Shown here: piece after piece, positions 32,301-40,499 of the stretch | How the letters are laid out: the number at the start of each line of letters is the position of its first letter | Numbering within the stretch: position 1 is the stretch's first letter | Source of the DNA: Convolutriloba macropyga | Taxonomy: Eukaryota | Length of the DNA: 54,385 nt | Assembly (NCBI RefSeq): GCF_964194025.1 | Contig: NW_027449238.1 | Coordinates: 1-54,385 of the forward strand | Direction of reading: 5' to 3' | Translations under genes and position numbers: made by a program | The notes under the pieces: generated by a model | Told to the model about the DNA's origin: nothing | The model's database searches: none | Seen by the model: the letters and a program-made list of their open reading frames with translations, nothing else

Positions 32301-34552
32301 GCGCAGACCTCGGATGATGTTCATCACCAGGCGGCGATCTGGCACCTCCTCATCGACTCGCCCAAGCTGTGCCTGAAGATCCACGAGGCGGTTGAAGAAG
32401 TCCATGCAGGTCTCCTCGGGGCGCTGCTTCTCATCCAGGGCGTTCAGCAGGTCACCGCGCCGGTGGATGCCGTCATGCTCGTAGCGGTGCAGCAGGGCCT
32501 CCCACGCATCGTTGCCAGCAGTGACAGACTTGCGTTCGACCTTGCGGATGACATGGAGGGCAGCTTCAGGCAGGGCCAGGACCAGCAGGCTGTAGAGCCG
32601 CTTCTGCTGGGCCGTGGTGACGTCGTCCTCGCAGTCCAACACACCTCCGAGCCCCAGAGCGTCGGCGTAAGCAGTGAACTTGGTTCGGAAGACAGGAAAG
32701 TCGGCGGCCTTGCCCGAAAACGTCGGCACCTTCACGGTCTCGGCCATGATGTCGCGAGGAGAATCAGGCAGACGAAACAAGATCGGTCGATAGGTCGAAG
32801 AGCAGCAGACAGGCACCGAAACACGTGCAGGTACTCGCGGTCACGGACAGTAGCGCCACTGCCAACAGGCCGAACAACAGCAACAGGAACGCCACTCGGA
32901 AAGACGTCTCCACGCTCGACAGGGCCGACAAGGCAGGGTTCGCGCACAGATCGGCAGGCACTCGACACACAGCACCGCCCAGAAACACAGGGAGACGAGT
33001 AACCACAGACAGCAGGTCTCGTGCTCGTCGCCACTCCTTGCCCAGCTGCACAACTCGCAGCACTTGCAAGAAAACACTCGATCTCGATCTCGAAGTCGAC
33101 AGCTCCACACACTCGTAGTCGAAGCTCTCCACAGGAAGATACGTCTGAAGAAGAAGGCTCGAAGGAAGGAAGTCAGGAAGTCTCGAAGCCTCGAAGCCTC
33201 GAAGTCAGGAAGTCTCGAAGTCAGGAAGTCTCCAAGAAGTCTCGCTGTAGTCAGAAGTATAGCGTAGTAGAGAGTAGAGGGCCCATAACCTGTTGAAGTA
33301 TGTGAGTGTGTGTGTGACAAATCAAGATGGTTTACACAATTTCAGCACTCGCTTATATTGAGTATCCTACTTAGCCTACAGGCTCTTGACTTGCAGTTTC
33401 ACTGACAGACACTCCTGACCATCCGATGTAGATCGTACGGTCTCTAATACTGCTAATAATCTCACCATCTCCGGAGATTGCAGTATTCGCCCTACAGTAC
33501 TTTAGTCAGAGTGATTAGCGACATGTAAACGTACCCTACTGGTACGAGTACACACGTACAACTACTCACAACGCAGCACACATGCATATCGGTACCGTAC
33601 TGTATGGTACGTACGAGTATCGTACCCTACAAGCACCGCATCTGCAAAATAGTACGAGTACCAGTACAGATCAGTACAACACAATGCTGTACCCATACAG
33701 TACCTGTACTCGTCCTGCACGACAAGGACAGCCATCAATATGTTCTTCGTGGGCATCTCGATGAATCTGCACAGCCTGGAGCGAGCAGAGGAGGTCTGTC
33801 AACTGATGCGGGAGCTGGTGCAGGTGGAGGCAGATCCAGTTTTTAGCCAGAGGAGCAGGGAGGCTACAAGGAAGCAGGTTCAGAGCTGGAATGGGAAGGA
33901 GTGTTGGAGAGTGCTAGCAAGCATTGGGACCATTATGGATGAGACCTTCAAGGGCCGGGCAGCAGGCGCCGATGCAACCCCAGCTGAGCGGCAGGCTGAG
34001 GAAGGCTACAACCTGGTCTCCAGCATGTTCAGCAGCTTTGTGGAGCTGATGGCAGCCTGGATGCTAGACGTGTCACAGGAACATTGGCAGCAGGTGGCAC
34101 AGCTACTGCGGGAGAAGGCGAAGAAGTTTAGAGATGCCTTTGTGATGGCTGCTGGTAGTACAGTAGACTGCACCCCCACCATGCACTCTATTCTTTACCA
34201 CTACCCCCACATGTATGCACGGCATGGACCCATCATGAGGTATTCCATGCAAGGACTAGAGGCGAAGCACCAGCCCATCAAGAGGGCTAGGAGAGGGCAC
34301 TGCAATCAGAAGTCTTTTACACATCTAGGAAGAAACAATGCTCGGGGGTTCACGACTGTGCATTCTGTCTCTACCGACATCATGCAAGTTACTAGGCGCA
34401 TGACCGCCCGGGACTACATTATGACCATCGTTCCCACAGGCAAGGGCACTAAGAAGAGGGCTAGGTCTGAGCTGCAAACTGATCCGCTGTCAGCTGTTAT
34501 TAGGCAGCTGCAGCAGGACTACCAGCTTGACCTTCAGGGCGGGCAGGCATAG
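26332..34552 (+). CDS. RAG1/Transib/Chapaev-type DDE transposase, ~917 aa when 26332-28257 is joined to 33725-34552; disrupted here by copia copy 4
   Basis: Join is in frame (LHGFL-RTAINMFF); motifs FAADSAG, GGDLKFL..MG, YPCHQC, PDGLH, WNGKEC, TPTMHSILYHYP, YSMQGLEAKH; N-terminal coiled coil; true start codon uncertain. Confidence 0.88.
28263..33724 (-). mobile_element. Full-length copia copy 4 (5,462 bp); LTRs 33291-33724 and 28263-28696; 5-bp TSD AGGAC
   Basis: aggac at 28258-28262 and 33725-33729; LTRs appear identical. Confidence 0.98.
28707..32747 (-). CDS. Copia Gag-Pol polyprotein, intact
   Basis: Translation matches copy 2. Confidence 0.97.
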   Translation of the reverse strand: MAETVKVPTFSGKAADFPVFRTKFTAYADALGLGGVLDCEDDVTTAQQKRLYSLLVLALPEAALHVIRKVERKSVTAGNDAWEALLHRYEHDGIHRRGDLLNALDEKQRPEETCMDFFNRLVDLQAQLGRVDEEVPDRRLVMNIIRGLRPEYAAMTDTINERDSAVTVEFMETLLATTGQRIERRLGEQREPKPAATAFPASGEEPEDLRSMMQKLKQEVAALTTSRRRNGGGSEFKGTCWHCGESGHRRKDCPKKSTPSANAADLEDSKAVAFPSVALSGTGSKVASLVQGEVETWMWLVDSGASHHMTSVREDFVEFRPIPQQWVKGISAYATGMGSVRLTMRAEDGEVVPAMLHDVYFVPDLAARAMSSHHRLFSVTQARQRGHRMVFEDPCDVLCVHERHGGGIRVPLRRDFGLVWLAAGMTTRSADVSACPAAAPPSKPLWHLRLGHLSESCMDRMRRAGATGLTFDASERLCFCESCAVCKSRVKAIPREPCADPERVFQQVGVDFCGPMTVPALGGGRYSFLVTDFKSRMLLHDVLRTKDEAPRSFRGVLDAVRKLGHRVEHVRLDNDSVLLGTDFMTVLQEHDITHDLIAPYSHWQHGRVERQWGTLVPMALAMLHTAGLEKCFWGLAMNAAVHMRNRSWSEAAGGPPLEIVTKCPVDLSRLRVFGCPAYVHIDKSRRRKLDDRAWRGIFVGYATDSPVWLVYNPRTRRVERSRNVDFDEMALMGSVSVGEKAPSAKDDDGVPVFFEEPVERSGGDTTSGEPTSPSSASGEPSQAVQESGEPSQPAVELRRSSRARQPPTEWWISQPAVNLAAAAGAVPHQEPASYKQALRSPQAEQWKAAMETEYDALTSRKTWRLVPRPAGRKLVDSKWVYKLKRNPDGSIARYKARLVARGFTQEHGVDYQETFAPTVKVAAIRIILALAAHFDWDVEQMDVVTAFLEADIAEDIYMRQPEGYRQVDQHGDELVCKVLKSIYGLKQAPRNWNKTVSAWLVEYGFKQSTVDPCIYTFAAAGDLYILALYVDDSIMAGPPGSFISDFKRAFGKRFNVQDLGPVSWLLGMTVERDRAAGVLKVGQRQYILDMLERFNMSDCKPVSTPMTVGALSEATASEVLSPDVPYQSLIGSLLYASVSTRPDITMAVSHLSRYMARPSTVHWEQAKRVLRYLQGTLDWQLVYGAGESTATLTGYSDADFAGDADGRRSRTAFVFLLNGAAVSWKSQRQPTVALSTAEAEYMALTAATQEAVFLRQLLQEMGQPPASGTLIHEDNQSCIALCKNTMTTGRSKHIEVKMHFCREKQESGEIVVDYCPTEEMLADGLSKPLAGERHKKLFRSVMGSSE

Positions 34553-34670
34553 GAACTTTGTAATGCAATGCAGACTGGCCGGCACTAGTGCAGGCCGGCC
34601 GGCATGGGAGCCGGCGAATGCATGAAGTGAATGCAAGGCAGTGCCCGGCGTTGTAAATGAATATTATATA

Positions 34671-35411
34671 TTACACCATTCGCTGCACTAACATACCATC
34701 AAGGCCGCTCATTGGTGGCCCGTTCTCAAACGAAGCTATCACTCGATCCCAAACATACTGCTTGGGATCTACATAAGCTGTGTTTACTGGCCAATGCTTT
34801 CGAACTGTTACATCGCTGGGATAGTCAGCGCTAAACCCGATCATCCTCTGCATCGCATGAATGGGAGTAACAATGCATAGGTTGAATGTTATCTTTACTC
34901 TCTCTTCTTGCACTCCCCCATACGATTCAGTCCTGTGAGTGACTTTGAGAGGGGGTGCAACTAGGCCTAGGGAACCACTAGAGTAAGCAAACATGTTACC
35001 CCGCACTCGAGCGACGGGCCCCTGCCCGCTTCGGCTAGCTGGAACATGGAAGCTGCATAGCTGACCGATCGCTCTCCAGTCTGTGCACATGTAGTCGTTG
35101 AAGGTGACCGCTCCCCTGCGCCTCTGGCCAGTCAGCTGCCAGTCCGCTGACTCCGCCAGTCCCAAGGCTGACGTGAGCTGTGGCAAGCTAACGTTCTTGA
35201 CCGTGCAGTTCAGGAAGCTGACTGGCCTTTGCACCTTTATCCTGTCATATATGGTCCGAGAAATGCTCCCTCTGCAATCATTTCTGACTAAAACGACGGG
35301 CTGTGGGGTTTCTAGCTGATGGCAGAAGAAGCAGGGCCGAGCCAGCGTGGCATCTTGGACGCCCTGAAAAGCACAAGTGGCACAGAAGAGGCGAGAATGG
35401 CCTGAAGCCAT
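34671..35411 (-). CDS. Second, convergent gene of the DNA transposon (~246 aa, N-terminal CxxC..CxxC), function unknown
   Basis: Open frame MASGHSRLFCATC..RPCFFCH..; candidate 5' UTR intron (donor aag/gtgagt ~35792, acceptor ttgttttcag ~35425); lies inside the TIRs. Confidence 0.65.
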   Translation of the reverse strand: MASGHSRLFCATCAFQGVQDATLARPCFFCHQLETPQPVVLVRNDCRGSISRTIYDRIKVQRPVSFLNCTVKNVSLPQLTSALGLAESADWQLTGQRRRGAVTFNDYMCTDWRAIGQLCSFHVPASRSGQGPVARVRGNMFAYSSGSLGLVAPPLKVTHRTESYGGVQEERVKITFNLCIVTPIHAMQRMIGFSADYPSDVTVRKHWPVNTAYVDPKQYVWDRVIASFENGPPMSGLDGMLVQRMV

Positions 35412-38271
35412 AGCATACCCCCACCTGAAAACAAAACAATGGCTCAGTAACGGCACACGGCGTCATGATGACCGCTATACTATGCCTTCATATGGTCATA
35501 TACTACAAGTCTGCGGCGGGGTTCGCACAGATTTTCGTTGTGTCGAGAACAATTCCGGATCTCCCAGATGTGACTGGGTTGGCAGATCTGTTTGTAATGG
35601 TTGCAAGCGGCTATGTTCGGTTACGAGCTCGGAGCCAACAGCAGCAACCGCTAGGTCGAACGGCCAGCCACCCGGTATACAGTGAGTCAATGATGTATAT
35701 AAACCACTCGCGAAGTGGTGTGCGTGCTGGTGCGCGGTGGCGCCGGAACCCGAGCCGGTAGATCTGGTGGGTGCTGGTCGATGGCGACTCACCTTTCAAC
35801 CGCTTTTTGAGCGCGTGAAACACGCCTGTGCGAACAGGGGTTGTGGTCCGCGGGGCCCCCTGATACGTTCTTAAATGTACAGGCCCGGCCTGCCCTGATT
35901 TGTCGTGGAGATCGTGGTTGACTACTGCCCGACTGAGGAGATGTTGGCTGATGGTCTGAGCAAGCCGCTGGCTGGAGAGAGGCACAAGAAGCTGTTCAGG
36001 AGCGTGATGGGCTCGAGTGAGTAGCGAGGGGGAGTGTCGTGCAGGACGAGTACAGGTACTGTATGGGTACTGCATTGTGTTGTACTGATCTGTACTGGTA
36101 CTCGTACTAAATTGCAGATGCGGTGCTTTCAGGGTACGATACTCGTACGTACCATACAGTACGGTACCGATATGCATGTGTGCTGCGTTGTGAGTAGTTG
36201 TACGTGTGTACTCGTACCAGTAGGGTACGATTACATGTCGCTAATCACTCTGAGTAAAGTACTGTAGGGTGAATACTGCAATCTCCGGAGATGGTGAGAT
36301 TATTAGCAGTATTAGAGACCGTACGATCTACATCGGACGGTCAGGAGTATCTGTCATTGAAACTGCAAGTCAAGAGCCTGTAGGCCAAGTAGGATACTCA
36401 ATATAAGCGAGTGCTGAAATTGTGTAAACTATCTTGATTTGTCACACACACACTCACATACTTCAACAATGTGGCCAGGGACTCGTACGACCCTTCGGTG
36501 GAGGCTTCGGCGTCCTGGTTGCCGGATGTCGTCTGACAGTCTGTCGGTTGGATACCGAGGCTTTAGAGGCGCTCCGCTGGTGGCACGGTCGCATGGTTCT
36601 GGTGGTCGACCCCGGCGGATATTCTGGGGCGAGGAGACCCGTGGCTGTCTATGGGGACCCGCCGTGTTGCAGCACTTGCCACGCGATGACCAAGTGGAGC
36701 AGCTGGATGGCCAGATAGCGATGATTACAAATGACGCCAGTGGTTGGGCAGGTGGTGCCTGGTGGGGGCAGCGCCGACTGCACTATGCCTTCACGGACGC
36801 CCAGCTGGCCGGCTTATGCGGTGGTCTGCCAACCTCCGCGAGCTGTACGTGCCCCCCTTCACAGTCGAGAAGTGGCAGCCCCGGGGGGTCCGGGTCCTGT
36901 TTCGCATGGATTCTGCCGCGTCAGTGGGGGCTATCAGTCGCCGGGGTTCTATCTATGGTGCCCCACTTTAACGCCCTGGTGCTACAGCTGATGGAACTGC
37001 TGGAGAATTTTGGGCTCGGAGGCTGTTTTCGCCACTTGCCAGGCAAGGAGAATGTCCTGTCTGATGGTATCTCTCGCCTGTCTGGCAATCCGGAACACGG
37101 ACCCCTCCGATTGGATGCTGTCTTCAGCAGTATTCCACGCCCTACGGAATCTATACGGGCCGTTTGAGGTGGATGCGTGCTGCGAGGCTTTGGGCAACAA
37201 CTCCCTCTGCTCGGTGTTTTGATCGGCCTTGGACTCTGCTCTGACGAGGTCATGGGCTGTGTGGGAAGGTGATTTGGTGCTACTCCCCCGATTAGGGAGG
37301 CGTAGGCACTTCTGGCAGAGCTCCTGCGAGGCACCTGAGAGCACTTCAGCCGTGTTTCTGCTTCCAGTGTGGCCCACTGCCGGGTGGTGGCGGTTTGTCT
37401 GGGGCGGCAGGGTTGCAGCCTACTACCCTGCTGGGGCCCGTCTGTTCTCTCGGCCAGATTGGTCCCCTGCCTCACGTCGACATCCGCTCACTACGACTCG
37501 GATCAGTGAGCACTAACTGGGTTGTGGTGGCTGGGTTCTTCGCCTCTGCTCTCAGCAGGCTGGACGGGCTGCCGTGGTACTCAGCGCTGCCCAGCCTGCG
37601 CGGCGTCGATGCCCCGGATATTCTTTTCTTGCGCGGGATACCCTCTGGTCTTGTGCCCGTCGTGCGCCGCCCGACCACCTCCTGTTCATCCTGAGCTCTT
37701 CGTTTGTGTGGAGTGCGCGTTGAGGGGTGTGAGGCTTCCAGTAGCTGGCGCTGGCTCGGCTTCCCAGCAGGCAGAGCGGGTAAGATTGGTCCCATGGGGC
37801 TGACTCCTTGGCGTCGGCTCGCCACCGTGTATCCACCCGGGGAGGGTATAACCGGACTGTGTGGCCGACTTCGTGGACTTCTGCCGGGCTCGTGGTGTGG
37901 AGCCTCTGCCGGAAGCGGTGAGGGCTTATGTATGTCACTGTACCGCCGACAGGGGGCTGGATGCACAGACTGTGGAGGGCCGCATGTCTGCGCTTGGGGA
38001 CTGGCATGGTCGCCAGTCGAGTGCCTTGGTGCGCGTGGGGCCGCCAGCTTCGGGGAACCACTGCAGGACAGCGCCGGTTACGGAGCTGCTAGCGGTGGTG
38101 CGGAGGACGGGCAGGACCGGCCACTGGGGGTGGCTTCATCTTACTCGGTCCGAGTTCAGGGGGATGTGCGCCTTTGGCTTCGACCTGTCCAAAGCATCTG
38201 GTCATCACCGTCGTCTCATCAGCACGCTGGGCTGTGCGAGGCGCAAGGCGGCGGTGAGCCTGCGAGTGTCC

Positions 38272-38354
38272 TAGTAGGAGTAAAATCCTGGCACACGCCA
38301 GTGACAGATTGGGGCATACAAGGGGCATCAAAACTTTCGCTTATATAGCCCACA
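38272..38354 (-). mobile_element. 83-bp non-LTR 3'-end remnant with CTA tail and 12-bp TSD CTGCGAGTGTCC, inside the YR gene
   Basis: Direct repeats at 38260-38271 and 38355-38366; insert is similar to 40103-40167. Confidence 0.78.
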
Positions 38355-38954
38355 CTGCGAGTGTCCCATTATACTATTTCGGGCAGTATCATATCTTTTT
38401 CTTCTTCTTCCGGTGTGTACATCACTTATGATCGGGAGACCCAGATGGAATACATTGGCCTGAGCGTCAACGTGGATAAGAATGAGGACTCCAGCATGCA
38501 GGCACATGCTTACATTCCGGCGGCAGTGCCGGTGCTGGGTGTGCGGCCTGTTGACCTATTGCGGGATTACCTGCTTCGGTTCAGGCCTCCCTCTAGCGGC
38601 TACCTGCTGGCAGCCCCTCGGACCCAGGGCCTCGGTTCGGCCACCTTCCACCCAGGGTTGTATACCTGCTTGGGCCGGGCCTACCGGACGGCGTACTTGC
38701 GGGCCTTTCCTGATGAGCACACGGTCTGCCGACATGTCCCGTCTGTCTGCTCACTCGGGCCGCAGATCCCTTTCACAGTTGTTGTGGGACGCTTACCAGT
38801 CTATCCGCCGGATTGAGGAAAGATGTTGGCCACTGGCGGTGTGCGAAGGATGCCGTTCATTTGTACTTCAAGTCTACGCCTTCAACAATCCTGCGCTGCG
38901 TTGCAGCCCTGTGACCTTCGCCTTCGGCTCCGGCAAGTTCGTGTGGAGTGACAT

Positions 38955-39515
38955 GGGAGATCACAAAGGGCATCCTCATCCTCCAGTGACTCTGCGCTGC
39001 AGGGACTTGCCACCCATGTAAGACGAAGCCCAGAGTCAAGCAAAAGCGAGGTGTTGCCGTAGGACGCAGTCTCGTAGCAACTCCAGTTTTTGCAAGGCTT
39101 GACATGCGAGAAGAGCGGGAGCGGCCAACAAGGGACTCTGCGAGAATATTTGAAATGTTTAGAACACTCAGGAGATATGACATATTTAGGATGTTCAGGA
39201 TACTTGAGATATTTAGAATATTCAGAATATTCCTCGCAGGATAGGTCAAGGTAGCGCTTGCGTAGGGCAGGCGAGGTTGTTGGTTAGGTAGGGTTTTTCC
39301 GGGTGGCACTTGTGCTACCACTGTAGCAAGAGTGCCGGCTGTTGTTGATATAGGGCAGCTGGCGGCTAGAGGTTGGCTAGAGAGCCTTCAGTTTCTTTCT
39401 GTGTCCCCGCCCTCCCGCCCTCTAGCATTCCGGGAGATCACAAAGGGCAGCCTCATCGATTCTGCGCGGCAGGGACTTGCCACCCATGTAAGATGAAGCC
39501 CAGAGTCAAGCAAAA
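38955..39515 (+). repeat. Split direct repeat terminus B1 (38955-39045) - A (39046-39431) - B2 (39432-39515); A contains degenerate 9-bp tandem repeats
   Basis: gggagatcacaaagggc...gcccagagtcaagcaaaa occurs twice; atattyag-type 9-mers at ~39143-39231. Confidence 0.85.
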
Positions 39516-39725
39516 CCTCACTCTGTAGCGAGAGCCCCTATCGCACGGTCCGCAACCTAGCGCTCGCCCAGCTGCAAGCTAGTATAATGTGGCACTGCCC
39601 TAGTATAATGTGGTTAGTAGGTACCTGCAAGGCAACGGTGTCCGGGACAAGGGAAGTAGACCGTTGGGTGGGTGTGGGGGGCGAGAGCTATCAAGACTGC
39701 AGCATTATGTATGTAGACATCGTAG

Positions 39726-40298
39726 TTTTGCTTGCCTCTAGGCTTCGACTCACATGGGTGGTAGGTCGCCGCCATGCAAAATCACTGGGGGTTGCCAGAT
39801 GAGGCTGCCCTTTGTGATCTCCCAGAATGCTAGATCGAGGGCAGGAGGGCATGGAAAGAAACTGAAGGCCCTCTAGCCAGCCGCCAGCTGCCCTATATCA
39901 TCTGCAGCTGGCACTCTTGCCACAGTGGTGACACAAGTCCCACTTGATAACCTGGAAAAACCCTACATAACCATCGACCTGGCCTACCCTAGCTAAGCCC
40001 TACATTGACCTAAACACCTACTCTGCGGGGACTATTCTGAATATTTTAAGTATCGCAAGTATCCTGAATATCATAGGAATGTCAAATATTTTGAGTGTTC
40101 TAGTAGTAGTAGTAAAATGCCTGGCAGCCGCCAGAGATACATGAGGGACATCAAAGCTATCGTTATCTGAGTCTTCTAAATATTTCAAATATACTCGCAT
40201 ATCCCGTGCTGACCGCTCCCGCTCTTCTCGCCTGTCAACTGTCAAGCCTTACAAAAACTGGAGTTGCTACCGGAAAACGTCCTACAACAGCACCGCGC
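39726..40298 (-). repeat. Inverted, diverged solo A-B unit of the same YR-element family
   Basis: Reverse complement aligns with 39046-39515 (B at 39726-39823, A at 39824-40298). Confidence 0.85.
40103..40167 (-). mobile_element. ~65-bp non-LTR 3'-end remnant with (CTA)n tail and ~11-bp TSD (tgagtgttcta / tgagtcttcta)
   Basis: Absent from the A repeat at ~39150-39180; flanking repeats at 40092-40102 and 40168-40178. Confidence 0.78.
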
Positions 40299-40499
40299 AT
40301 TGTGCATCTCTTGCGGTTGCGGCCAGGCATTTTACTGCTATTACTATGCTATAACGTGGAATGTGCTGGTGGAATATCCTTCAAGGTGTTTGATAGCGGC
40401 CGATGTCACCGCCAGGACTCAAGTGACACTCTCTGGCTGTTCTGGTCAGGTGTAAGCAATTCATATTCACAACAGGACGGCTTCTCAGCCGGGACAGAG

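Larger units (their letters stand above)
26133..35907 (+). mobile_element. Cut-and-paste DNA transposon (4,308 bp without the nested copia); 13-bp TIRs CACGACAAATCAG; 2-bp TSD GA
   Basis: TIRs at 26133-26145 and 35895-35907; the empty site ggcgagatcgtgg in intact copia copies shows GA duplicated (26131-32 and 35908-09). Confidence 0.95.
21222..36468 (+). mobile_element. Older copia copy 3; LTRs 21222-21657 and 36035-36468 are diverged; interrupted by a DNA transposon; no matching TSD
   Basis: Roughly ten or more differences between its LTRs; flanks gacac and atgtg; pol resumes at 35908-36024. Confidence 0.95.
36469..39515 (+). mobile_element. Degenerate DIRS/PAT-like tyrosine-recombinase retrotransposon, 3' half: RNase H, Dam-like MTase, YR and split direct repeats
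   Basis: RH: ITNDASGWAGGA, ANLRELY, RMDSAASVGAISRRGS, HLPGKENVLSDGISR; MTase: DWML..F...GPFEVD..N, LLPVWPTAGWW; YR: SAM-like DFVDFCRARG, LGCARR, VDKN, AHSGRR, GHWR, HLYF. Confidence 0.87.

Noticed and set aside
26133-35907. Calling the DNA transposon a true ProtoRAG (RAG1L-RAG2L)
   Set aside because: ORF2 shows no kelch repeats or PHD, the TSD is 2 bp rather than 5, and no RSS-like nonamer is visible. Only the catalytic core and gene layout are similar.
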